From: a virus
Lineage: Duplodnaviria > Caudoviricetes
Direction: 5' to 3' (one strand)
Virus record (IMG/VR): IMGVR_UViG_3300049573_000247
Location: 64,001-128,000 of that record
Length of the DNA: 64,000 nucleotides
Below the pieces are notes generated by a model that did not search any database, was not told the DNA's origin, and worked only from the letters and a program-made list of their open reading frames with translations. Below, one piece after another: positions 47,499 to 56,446 of this stretch. The position numbers and the translations under genes are program-made. How positions within the stretch are numbered: the first letter of the stretch is position 1; each line of letters opens with the position of its first letter.

Positions 47499-48011
47499 GT
47501 GACCGATGATCTGTTTACCTCACGTCCGCTGGCCGATGCCCAGAAGCAGTACGCCAAGACGAGCCCCACCGCGCAGCCGCAGGCCGGGGTGCAGCCCCAG
47601 CGAGCCATCCGGCCCCAGCCGATCCTCGATATGAACCTCGACGATGTCCCCGAGACGTCCTACGCCGAGTTCGTGTTCCAGCTCAAGGGGAACATCTACA
47701 CGCTCGGCATCGAAGACGACAGCGTGCTGTTCGACATTGCCGAGATGAGCATGGACGAGGTCAGCCCCACCGAGCTTTTCGAGTACTTCTTCGAGCGCAC
47801 CTTCCGACGCGCCGTCGACGAGAACGGCGACCCGATCGAGGACGGCCTCGGCGCGCTCCTTCGCGCCACTGCCGCCCGACCCCGCGACAACTCGCGGCCC
47901 GTGCCGCGCCAGCAGCTGCTGCGCATCATGAACACCGCCGTCGAGGACTGGATGGGTGAACTCACCGACACGAACATGCGGCCCAAGCGCCGCTCCGGAC
48001 GCCGTCGTTGA
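47499..48011 (+). CDS. Tail assembly chaperone (putative)
   Basis: Position two genes upstream of tape measure. Confidence 0.6.
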   Translation: MTDDLFTSRPLADAQKQYAKTSPTAQPQAGVQPQRAIRPQPILDMNLDDVPETSYAEFVFQLKGNIYTLGIEDDSVLFDIAEMSMDEVSPTELFEYFFERTFRRAVDENGDPIEDGLGALLRATAARPRDNSRPVPRQQLLRIMNTAVEDWMGELTDTNMRPKRRSGRRR

Positions 48012-48538
48012 TCTTCTCGTTCGCCACTACCGTCCACATGCCCGGCATCTCGCCCGACCGCGTGCTGCTGCGCATCGATGATGAGGACTTCGAGCTGCCA
48101 GTACCGGGGGTGCAGCGCCTGCTGGACATCGGTGCTTCGTACGGCTGGCGCCACCTCATGCCCGACGGACTGGTCACGGCGGACAAGGAGCGCATGTACG
48201 AGCGCCTGAAGGACCCTGAGGACTTGATGAGCTGGAAGCGGCTGCACGTCATCGCGCAGACGCTAGGTCTGTATCTCTACGGTTTCCCCTTCTTCGTGGC
48301 CTCCCGTGCGTTGGGCACGCTGCGGCATTACCTCACGTCGTTTCGCATGTGGGCTGTGTGCAACCTGCGAATCGACCTGTCGACGGCGAGCGCGGCCGAT
48401 TGGTGTGCAGCGGCGGTGACGTGGCTGGTGCAGACGGGCGACAAGGAGGAGAAGCGGTTGGAGATGTGGGCGCAGTTGACGACGCCGGGGGTGCTGCCGA
48501 TGGAAGCGCCTGGGGTGAGTCCGGATTGGATGGCTTAG
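48008..48538 (+). CDS. Second tail assembly chaperone (putative)
   Basis: Overlaps the previous gene in the -1 frame; precedes tape measure. Confidence 0.55.
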   Translation: MIFSFATTVHMPGISPDRVLLRIDDEDFELPVPGVQRLLDIGASYGWRHLMPDGLVTADKERMYERLKDPEDLMSWKRLHVIAQTLGLYLYGFPFFVASRALGTLRHYLTSFRMWAVCNLRIDLSTASAADWCAAAVTWLVQTGDKEEKRLEMWAQLTTPGVLPMEAPGVSPDWMA

Positions 48539-48605
48539 CCAAGCCCAAGACGTACCATAATACCCGTATGCCCGATTTGTGATCTAATGAGAGCTTGGGG
48601 GGGTT

Positions 48606-51600
48606 ATGGCAGTAATCGCGACTGCGGAAGTTCGTGTTGTCGCCGACACCAGCCGCTTCCTCTCCAACCTCCGTCGACAACTGCGTGGTGCTTTCAGCCA
48701 GATCGGCGCTCAGGCGGCGCAGCAATTCACCAACGCGTTCAACCAAAACGTCGGTAACCAGTTCACCGGCGGCCTCCGTCGCGCCGGACAGCAGGGCGGC
48801 GTCTCTTTCACCGACGGCCTGCGTACCGCGCTGCGCCGGGGCCTGCGCGGCATTCAGATCCTCGGCTTCCTTAACCTCGCCATCGCCCAAGGCCTCCAAG
48901 GCGCTGCACAGCTCGTTGCCCGAGGACTGCGTGTCGCCTTCGTCGAAGGCGGCCGGGGCATCGTCACCGCCTTCCAGAACGCCGTGGTCAACCCACTGCG
49001 CACCCTCATCGGCAACCTCTTCGGCAGGGCACTCAACGCCACACTCTCACGCCTTGCGCCCCTCTTCGCAGCTGCCGGAGCCGCAGCCCGCAACGCATTC
49101 TTCAGCCAGATGGCCGGTATCGGTGCGGCCATCACCAACTTCATCAACAGCCCCGTAGGACAAGCCCTCGGCCGACTCCCAGCGCTCTTCCGGGCCGCCG
49201 GTGACCTGGCCCGTGAAGCGTTCTTCCAGCGCATGGCAGGCATCGGCGCCGGAATCATGAACATCATCGAAGGGCCCATCGGCCGCGCCGCTGCGCGCAT
49301 CAGCCAGCTCTTCGGCGCTGCCGGTGTCCTCGCTCGCGAATCCTTCTTCCGCAGCATGGCCGGTATCGGCGCGGGCATCATGAACTTCATCGAGAGCCCC
49401 ATCGGCCGGGCCCTCGGCAGGCTGCCAGCGCTCTTCCGGGCTGCTGGCGATCTGGCCCGTGAAGCGTTCTTCCAGCGCATGGCAGGCATCGGCGCGCTGA
49501 TCACCAACGTCCTCGAAAGCCCCATCGGCCGGGCCCTCGGCAGGCTGCCTGCGCTGTTCCAAGCGTTCGGCACCCGCGCCAGTAACGCCTTCGGCCAAGG
49601 GCTGGCACGACTGCGACTTGCCGGAACCACGGCGATGAACAACATCACGGCCGCCATCAACCGTGCTGGACCTCGCATCCAGGCCGCTGCTACCAGGGCA
49701 TTCGGGCCCGCCGCCCAAAGTGTCCAGCGCGCTTTCAACCTCGTCCCGTGGGCGCGCATCGGTCAGGGCATCGGCCGACTCTTCGGTCGGGGCCTGGGCG
49801 ACGGCGCTGAAGAGGAAACTCAGCAGCGCGGCCAGAGCATTGGCGCGCGTTTCGGCGCCGCTATGACGCGGGGCCTGACCACCGGGCTGCGAGGTCTGGG
49901 CACTGCTTTGGCTTCCATCTCGCTTCGTCCACTACAAGGCCTCGCGGGGATCTTGAGCAATGCCACGAGCGAGATGATCTCGATGGCGGCACAGGCCCTG
50001 GTCGTTGTCGGCCTTCTGGAGTCTCTCTCGGGCGCCCTATTCGCGCTCCCAGCCGCCCTGAACGTCGTCGGCGCCGGTTTCGCCACTGTCGCCCTCGGCT
50101 TCAGTGGATTCTCCACTGCCATCAACACCGCGTTCGAAGACCTGTCGAATGTCGAGGCGGCCATCGCCGACCTCGCCCCGGCCGCTCAAGCAGTTGTCCG
50201 CGAGATCGTCGCCCTCGGCCCGGCTCTGACCAACCTGCGGCTGGACACACAGCAAGCACTGTTCTCCCAGCTCGCAGGCACCTTTACCGCCGTCGCCAAC
50301 AACCTGCTGCCTGCTCTGAACGAAGGCCTCACCCGCTCCGGTGCTGCCTTCGGCAGCATCGTCGCCGGGATCGGCGAGTTCCTCGCCCAGGCCGCCACAG
50401 CCGATACCGTCACGGCGACCTTCGACACCCTTGTCGCGATCTTCGACGCACTCGCCGTGTCGACGGTGCCCTTCCTGGAGGCGATGCGCCTCCTGGCCGA
50501 CACGTTCCTGCCCCGGATCGCGGAAGCGGCGGGCCCCATTGCCGGGCTCGGTGCTCAGTTCCAGGCCTGGACCGAGCAGGTCGTCGCCTCGGGCGACGCC
50601 ATGGCAGCGTTCGATTTCGCCATCCAGGTATTCCAGCAGCTTGCGGGGATAGTCGGCGATCTCGCCGGGATCTTCCAGGCGACGTTCTCCGCCGCCGAGC
50701 TCGCCGGAGTCGACGCGCTCGGCGCGATCGGTGAAGCGCTCGAAGTCGTGCGCACTACCTTCGAATCGTTCGAAGGACAGGCCGCCCTAGCGAACGTCTT
50801 CACTGCCATCGGCGACACCGTCAACGCCCTTGCGCCGGTCTTCGCCACCCTGATTACCCAGCTTGGCCTCGTCTTCCCGATCATCGGGCAGCTTGCCGAG
50901 GCTCTCGGCCCTAGCCTGTCGGTCGTCCTTGAAGGGCTGGGCCAGGCTCTCCTCGCACTCGGGCCCGGTGTCATCGCCGTTTTCGACGGCATCGCCGCCG
51001 CCGCCGAGGCCATCGCGCCCGCCCTGCAGCCCTTGGGTGAGGCCATCGGAGCAGTACTAACTGCAATCGCACCGATACTCCCTGTAATCGGGGAGCTGAT
51101 CGGCATCGTCATCACACTCGGTGCACAGATCCTGTCCGTGCTCGCCAGCGCGATCATGCCGATCGTGCAGGCGCTCGCGGGCGCCCTCGCACCAGTGCTG
51201 CCCCTTATCGCCGACCTGTTCACCAGGCTCGTCGAGGCGCTTGCGCCCGTGATCGAGGCCCTCGGCGCTGGGCTGGCAAGCGTTATCGCGACGCTCCTGC
51301 CGCCGATCCTGCAGCTCGTCGTCGCCCTGGCCGATGCCTTGATGCCCGTGATCGAGGCGCTTTTGCCGGTTTTGACACCAATTATTGAGATTTTCTTCCA
51401 ATTGGTGAATGTGATCGGTTCACTGCTCGTACCTGTCATTTCGCTCCTTTTGCCCATCATTGAGGCGCTTAGTCCGGTTTTGCAGCTCGTCGGGCTCGTC
51501 CTCGCCCCCCAGCTGGAGCTGTTCTCGGCGATCCTGCAGCCGATCACCACGCTGATCACCCTGATCGCGAGCCTGCTCACGCCCGTGATCGAGTTCCTCG

Positions 51601-52388
51601 CCGAGATCATCGGCACGATCATCGGCATCGCGCTCGTCCCGCTGACCGCTGCCTTCGAATTCCTGGCAGATGTACTGGCCGACCACGTGATTCCATGGTT
51701 CGAGGCGAGCGCCCTGGTACTGAGGATGTTCTGGGAGAACGCGATCGAGCCGCTGATCCAGTGGATCGGCCGACTGAGCAGCGGCGTCAACGAGCGATTC
51801 GGCACTATCCGTGACGCAGTGAGCACTCTCTGGAATCTCTGGAAGAACCGCTTCGATCTCATGGAGAGCCTGATTGAGACCGTGGTCGACGTGGTCTCCG
51901 ACGCTGCGAGCAGCATCGCTGACTTCTTCAGCGACATGGGCGACACAATCAGTGACGTCTTTGACAACATGCTCGACGGCCTGCGCAGTGCCCGCGACAC
52001 CATTTCTGGCATCGTGGACTCGATCGTCGGTTTCGTCCAAGACGCCATCAACACCGCCCAGAACCTCGGCAATATCGATCTCAGCCCGTTCGCCAACGGC
52101 GGGATCGTGAACGGCCCCACTGCCGCACTCATCGGCGAGGCGGGCCGCGAGGTCGTCATCCCGCTCACCCGTCCGCAGCGTGCCGCTGAACTCGCCCAGC
52201 AGTCCGGCCTCATCGACTTGCTCGCTTCGCAGGGCGCCTTGGGCGCCGCCCAGGCCACCACCTCCGGACCACCAGTCGAAATGCATGTCCATTCGGGCAT
52301 TGCCGACCCCGAGCAGATCGCCCGGCGCGCCATCCGGATCATCGAGCGGCGCATGGGCGGTCGCGGATTGGAGCGACTGGGCACATGA
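48606..52388 (+). CDS. Tape measure protein
   Basis: 1260 aa, Ala/Leu-rich amphipathic repeats; C-terminal FANGGIV.GPT.ALIGEAG.EVVIPL. Confidence 0.93.
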   Translation: MAVIATAEVRVVADTSRFLSNLRRQLRGAFSQIGAQAAQQFTNAFNQNVGNQFTGGLRRAGQQGGVSFTDGLRTALRRGLRGIQILGFLNLAIAQGLQGAAQLVARGLRVAFVEGGRGIVTAFQNAVVNPLRTLIGNLFGRALNATLSRLAPLFAAAGAAARNAFFSQMAGIGAAITNFINSPVGQALGRLPALFRAAGDLAREAFFQRMAGIGAGIMNIIEGPIGRAAARISQLFGAAGVLARESFFRSMAGIGAGIMNFIESPIGRALGRLPALFRAAGDLAREAFFQRMAGIGALITNVLESPIGRALGRLPALFQAFGTRASNAFGQGLARLRLAGTTAMNNITAAINRAGPRIQAAATRAFGPAAQSVQRAFNLVPWARIGQGIGRLFGRGLGDGAEEETQQRGQSIGARFGAAMTRGLTTGLRGLGTALASISLRPLQGLAGILSNATSEMISMAAQALVVVGLLESLSGALFALPAALNVVGAGFATVALGFSGFSTAINTAFEDLSNVEAAIADLAPAAQAVVREIVALGPALTNLRLDTQQALFSQLAGTFTAVANNLLPALNEGLTRSGAAFGSIVAGIGEFLAQAATADTVTATFDTLVAIFDALAVSTVPFLEAMRLLADTFLPRIAEAAGPIAGLGAQFQAWTEQVVASGDAMAAFDFAIQVFQQLAGIVGDLAGIFQATFSAAELAGVDALGAIGEALEVVRTTFESFEGQAALANVFTAIGDTVNALAPVFATLITQLGLVFPIIGQLAEALGPSLSVVLEGLGQALLALGPGVIAVFDGIAAAAEAIAPALQPLGEAIGAVLTAIAPILPVIGELIGIVITLGAQILSVLASAIMPIVQALAGALAPVLPLIADLFTRLVEALAPVIEALGAGLASVIATLLPPILQLVVALADALMPVIEALLPVLTPIIEIFFQLVNVIGSLLVPVISLLLPIIEALSPVLQLVGLVLAPQLELFSAILQPITTLITLIASLLTPVIEFLAEIIGTIIGIALVPLTAAFEFLADVLADHVIPWFEASALVLRMFWENAIEPLIQWIGRLSSGVNERFGTIRDAVSTLWNLWKNRFDLMESLIETVVDVVSDAASSIADFFSDMGDTISDVFDNMLDGLRSARDTISGIVDSIVGFVQDAINTAQNLGNIDLSPFANGGIVNGPTAALIGEAGREVVIPLTRPQRAAELAQQSGLIDLLASQGALGAAQATTSGPPVEMHVHSGIADPEQIARRAIRIIERRMGGRGLERLGT
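49098..49560 (+). repeat. 123 bp (41 aa) repeat x4 within tape measure
   Basis: FF..MAGIGA units start at 49098, 49221, 49344 and 49467. Confidence 0.9.
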
Positions 52389-53599
52389 TCACCGACCGCG
52401 CTGGATGGCTCGCTTTCGACGGTACCGAGATCATCAACTCCGCACGCCTCGCCGCATACCTCGCGCACAACCCCTGCACGCCCGGCGCCACCACCATCTG
52501 CGTCCCATGTCCCGAGCTGATCGCGGAGGTATCGGACCCTCCGTTCATCTCGCCGCAGGACGACAGCGCGCCCTGGTACGACCCTGCGCTTCCGGTGTCC
52601 GCTGACTTCCTCGGCGTCGGCGGCATCGACATCGAGGGCCTGTGGATGCAGCCGTCCGAGGTCGTCGACGGCGTCATCGTCCGCGACATGAGCGTTCGCG
52701 TCGTTCTCGCGGGACGGTCCGAGGCCGCTGTTTCCTACGGCCTCGCATGGCTAGCGCAGGCGCTGAACGGATCGTTCTGCCCCACGGGATCGTGCGTCGG
52801 CGGTCAGATGTGTGTGGCAGTCGCGTGCCCCACGGAGAACGCACCCGATCCAGTGCGCACCCTCGTCGACGTCATTGCCTTGGAGAAGCCGCAGGTCGTG
52901 CAGGTCTGGTCCTCCAGTGGCATCACCTGGTGGGAAGTCGAATTCGTGATGCGCGCTCGCAACTCGGGTCTCTACCAGGAGTCGGGCATCTCCCTGACGT
53001 TCAACGCCCAGACCGGTGCCGTCGAAACTGTCAACCTCCTCGAAGCCTACGAGGGATGCAACGACGTCCAGCCGTGCGCTACTGACCCCGAATGCCCACG
53101 CCCGCTGATTCCCGAGATCCCGCAACCACCCATCGACGCCTGCTACCCCACCGAAGACTTCGAGGCGCACCGGTCGATCGCTTCCATCGACGGGTTCGTC
53201 GTTCCCTCGTGGCTGGAACTGGTGCCCGTCATTACTATCCGCGCCGGATCGACCGTTCCCTTGCGAAACGTGGTGTTCCGGTTCTACCAGAATCCCCTCG
53301 GACTCGATTGCACCGATCTCATCACCGTCGACCCCTGCGCTGCCTGCACTGACATCACCGTGCTCTACGTCCCACCCGGCGGTGTCACCGTCATCGACGG
53401 ACGCACCTCACGCGCACAGACCAACTGCCTCGGTGGCGACGTGGATGTCCCAGCTCTCTACGGGCCCGGAGGCAGAACCTTCAACTGGCCCACCTTCTCC
53501 TGCGGGTACGGCCTGTGCGTTGAAGTGCTCGCTGCCGCCGGAGACAACCCCGAGGCCGAGGCAACTGTCGAGTTCTACACCCGATGGGAAGCAGCCTGA
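52385..53599 (+). CDS. Minor tail (distal tail-like) protein
   Basis: Follows TMP; GWL.F.GTEIIN.AR, APWYDP..P.S..F.G. Confidence 0.8.
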   Translation: MITDRAGWLAFDGTEIINSARLAAYLAHNPCTPGATTICVPCPELIAEVSDPPFISPQDDSAPWYDPALPVSADFLGVGGIDIEGLWMQPSEVVDGVIVRDMSVRVVLAGRSEAAVSYGLAWLAQALNGSFCPTGSCVGGQMCVAVACPTENAPDPVRTLVDVIALEKPQVVQVWSSSGITWWEVEFVMRARNSGLYQESGISLTFNAQTGAVETVNLLEAYEGCNDVQPCATDPECPRPLIPEIPQPPIDACYPTEDFEAHRSIASIDGFVVPSWLELVPVITIRAGSTVPLRNVVFRFYQNPLGLDCTDLITVDPCAACTDITVLYVPPGGVTVIDGRTSRAQTNCLGGDVDVPALYGPGGRTFNWPTFSCGYGLCVEVLAAAGDNPEAEATVEFYTRWEAA

Positions 53600-54825
53600 T
53601 GAGCGACCTCACCGCATCATCACCGATCCTCGGCTGCGCCAGCAGCTACCGTGTCGAGGTGTTCCTCCTCGAACGCACCGACAACAACGACGTACCGCTG
53701 CCCGCCGCACGCATGCGGTATATCGGTGTACTCGAAGGCATCACCCAGATCGTCTGGGGGCGCAGGCTCCGGGACTTCTCCGAAGCGGAGATCACGCTGG
53801 ACTTCAACGCCTCTGACTCCGAGTGCTGCCGCATGTTCAACATCTTGGCCAACTCAGTCCGCGTAGCGCAGCTCCGCATCTGGAGAGATGAAACGCAGGT
53901 TTGGGAAGGCGAGGTCATGCAGGCCTCAGAAGTGACCGGCTCTACGGTGAAAACCATCGTTGCCCGCGACATGGTGCAGCGCCTCGACGACACCGTCAAC
54001 GACTTCTCCCTCGACTACGTCGAAACGTCCGTCACCGAGATCGCCTACGACATCATCGAACGGAATCTGAACGATGCCGCCTTCGCCAACCCCCTCGACG
54101 ACACACTGATCCTTTCGCAGATCGTCGTCGAAGCCGTCACTGACCCCGACGACGTCATCAACTACCGGCCCGGCCCAAAGGTCGCCACCGTCGGCGAACT
54201 CCTACGGACCCTCGGACAGTCCTACGGGCTCGACTTCACCACGATCAACCGATCTATCCGGTTGCAACGACGGCGCACCACGCAGGACCAGACCTACGCC
54301 CGTCTCAACACACAGCACCTCATCGGCGAGGCCGAAGCCCGCTCTAACGGTCTCGCTGCTGCAACGCGAGGTTGGGCCACCACGCAGAAGGAAGACGACA
54401 CTGAACCTCGTGGCACCGAGACGAATGAGTACTGGCCTGGAATCACTCAGAACTTCGGGACCACCGGAACCAGGTACGGTCGCATCGACGTGCTCAACCG
54501 CGTACAAGACAACAACGCCGATGAATCTGACGTGCTGTCCTCAGCTAAACGCGCAGCATGGGGAAGGAACCCACCGCCATCGGAGATCCTTCTGCCGACA
54601 TCAGCGCAGTTGTCACCTTCAGCGCCTCTTACGATGCCTGAACTGGTGCCAGGGATGAGAATCGACTTCTTCGCTGAGGAAGGGCTGTGCCGACCGATCC
54701 GGCAGGGTATGCGTCTGCTCGCCGTGGAAGTCACATGGACTCCATCCGGAGCGAACACCTCCGACGGCGAAGAGGTAGCAGTAGAACTCTCCACCCTCTC
54801 GGATGTCACCGGTGTAGAACCTTAA
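53599..54825 (+). CDS. Minor tail/baseplate hub protein
   Basis: W.R....SEA, LRIWRD...VWEG, L.P.AP.....LVPG motifs. Confidence 0.75.
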   Translation: MSDLTASSPILGCASSYRVEVFLLERTDNNDVPLPAARMRYIGVLEGITQIVWGRRLRDFSEAEITLDFNASDSECCRMFNILANSVRVAQLRIWRDETQVWEGEVMQASEVTGSTVKTIVARDMVQRLDDTVNDFSLDYVETSVTEIAYDIIERNLNDAAFANPLDDTLILSQIVVEAVTDPDDVINYRPGPKVATVGELLRTLGQSYGLDFTTINRSIRLQRRRTTQDQTYARLNTQHLIGEAEARSNGLAAATRGWATTQKEDDTEPRGTETNEYWPGITQNFGTTGTRYGRIDVLNRVQDNNADESDVLSSAKRAAWGRNPPPSEILLPTSAQLSPSAPLTMPELVPGMRIDFFAEEGLCRPIRQGMRLLAVEVTWTPSGANTSDGEEVAVELSTLSDVTGVEP

Positions 54826-54833
54826 ACGGCATG

Positions 54834-54872
54834 AAAAACGTCCCCCGCGCTGATGATCGCGCGGGGGACGTT
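54834..54872 (-). terminator. Intrinsic (possibly bidirectional) terminator
   Basis: AACGTCCCCCGCGC ... GCGCGGGGGACGTT with T-tract on minus strand. Confidence 0.75.
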
Positions 54873-54888
54873 CGGTGTATCGCTGTGC

Positions 54889-55068
54889 TTACGTCTCGAT
54901 GCGGTACTTCTCGAAGAGCCGCTTCCAGTCTGCCTCGTTCTCGAAGTATGAAATGTCGATGTATCGAAGCAAAGCACGCTCTAGGTGGGATCGCTTGGTT
55001 CCCACACCGTCTTCGCACATGTCGTCTAGAGCGTTCCAGATCGACTCGTCGATTTGGAATGAGAGCAT
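54889..55068 (-). CDS. Ribbon-helix-helix (CopG-like) protein
   Basis: LSFQIDESIWNALDDMC..G..KRS..ERAL..YI. Confidence 0.6.
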   Translation of the reverse strand: MLSFQIDESIWNALDDMCEDGVGTKRSHLERALLRYIDISYFENEADWKRLFEKYRIET

Positions 55069-55081
55069 TCTCCTCGGTGGC

Positions 55082-55570
55082 TCACTGGGCTTCCCCACTG
55101 GCGTACCTCTCCTTGGCGGTGATGTGGTCCGAGTAGAAACCCGTCTCCACACAACGGTCCGCGTAGGCGTCAGGGACCACCTCAGGGTCATGCGCGTTGA
55201 CGCCGGTTTCGATGAGTATGGTCATCCCCTCGCCGATCTCGGTGATGCCCTGCTTGTCGCACCAGTCGCGGACCGCGTCGATCAGGAAGATCGGGACTCG
55301 ACCATTGAGCTGGTCCTTGTCCTGACGCGGGGCCTTGACTCGCTTTCGCAGACGCTGCTTCCTCGCCTGCTCCGGAGAAACGGAGCCGATGTTATCGCTG
55401 GTAGGCGTCCTAGCTAGCATCCTAGGAGTCGTCCTAGGACTCTCACCAGCGGTTTCTTCTCTGGCGTTGCTAGCTGCTGGCCCGGTAGGCTCGTCGTTGT
55501 TCTCGGCAGGAGACGGCGACGCGAACTCGTCGTCGATCTCGGGGTCGTCTTTCGGTTTCGCCCTAGGCAC
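55082..55570 (-). CDS. ParA partner (ParG-like, disordered N-terminus plus RHH)
   Basis: Overlaps parA stop; QLNGRVP..LIDAVRDWC...G. Confidence 0.6.
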   Translation of the reverse strand: MPRAKPKDDPEIDDEFASPSPAENNDEPTGPAASNAREETAGESPRTTPRMLARTPTSDNIGSVSPEQARKQRLRKRVKAPRQDKDQLNGRVPIFLIDAVRDWCDKQGITEIGEGMTILIETGVNAHDPEVVPDAYADRCVETGFYSDHITAKERYASGEAQ

Positions 55571-56279
55571 GGATCACTCCCTCTTCCTTCATCTCGGTGA
55601 CGATCTTGCGGACGGGGCTCATGTCGAGGCCCTTGTCCTGGGGGTGGAACTTGAAGACTTCTTCGAAGATCTTGCGGTCAGGCAGCCAGCTGGAAAAGAC
55701 GTTGAGGTCATTTTTGAGGTAGTTGTCGACGTACCCCTCGAACTCCTCGGAAGGTTCATGGCCTCCGCTGAACTGGCGCAGGGCGCGCTGGGTCTTGACG
55801 CGTCCGAAGAGCACCCAAGGGGTGAGCTTCTCGTGTTCGCGGCCGTGGTCCATCAAGCCTGAACGGATGCTGTTGCGAGCGGTCACGACCTTCACGCGGT
55901 CGAACTTCGACATGGTGGTGCAGATGATCATGTCGGTCGCGTCTTCGGTGACGGCGCGCGTCATGACGTCGTCGCCGCCCTGGAGGTCGTAGATCCGGAT
56001 GTCGTGCTCGGGCAGTTCGTTGTTGGCGGCGTCGACGATCTGCTCGTGACCGGCGGTGATGTAGTGGAAGGGCAGTGGGGTACCGCTGCCCTTCTCGCTG
56101 CGCTGCTTCACGGCAGCGAGCCATTCGCGCGTGGTGGCCGATCGTCGGTCGCCATCGACGAAGCCGACGCGGTAGCCCTCAAGGGCCAGCTGGAAGGCCT
56201 TGAGGACGGCGGCTGTGGTCTTACCGACGCCGGGCTTCATCGAGCTGTAGCCGAGGACGGTGTGGGGGAGGGTGGACAT
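55563..56279 (-). CDS. parA: ParA family ATPase (short, type Ib-like)
   Basis: Deviant Walker A KPGVGKTT; RVGFVDGD; DIRIYD. Confidence 0.88.
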   Translation of the reverse strand: MSTLPHTVLGYSSMKPGVGKTTAAVLKAFQLALEGYRVGFVDGDRRSATTREWLAAVKQRSEKGSGTPLPFHYITAGHEQIVDAANNELPEHDIRIYDLQGGDDVMTRAVTEDATDMIICTTMSKFDRVKVVTARNSIRSGLMDHGREHEKLTPWVLFGRVKTQRALRQFSGGHEPSEEFEGYVDNYLKNDLNVFSSWLPDRKIFEEVFKFHPQDKGLDMSPVRKIVTEMKEEGVIRA

Positions 56280-56294
56280 GGAACTCCTTTCAAA

Positions 56295-56322
56295 CAAGAA
56301 AGATCAAGCTTGATCTTTCTTG
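56295..56322. promoter_or_regulatory. Perfect 28 bp palindrome upstream of parA
   Basis: CAAGAAAGATCAAG|CTTGATCTTTCTTG. Confidence 0.8.
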
Positions 56323-56446
56323 ACAGTTGATGAGGCTAGCACATGTTCCAACCGGATTTTTCGTGCCGGTTTGGCGCATAAGTGCTGTCTGCTCCCTAAC
56401 GTGCGATGATGGTGTTAGTGCACCAATGACCGTTTCGGGAGAGTTC

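Noticed and set aside
47960-48011. Canonical tail-chaperone -1 frameshift
   Set aside because: The second ORF is in the -1 frame, but I see no X XXY YYZ heptamer in the shared open window; left unresolved
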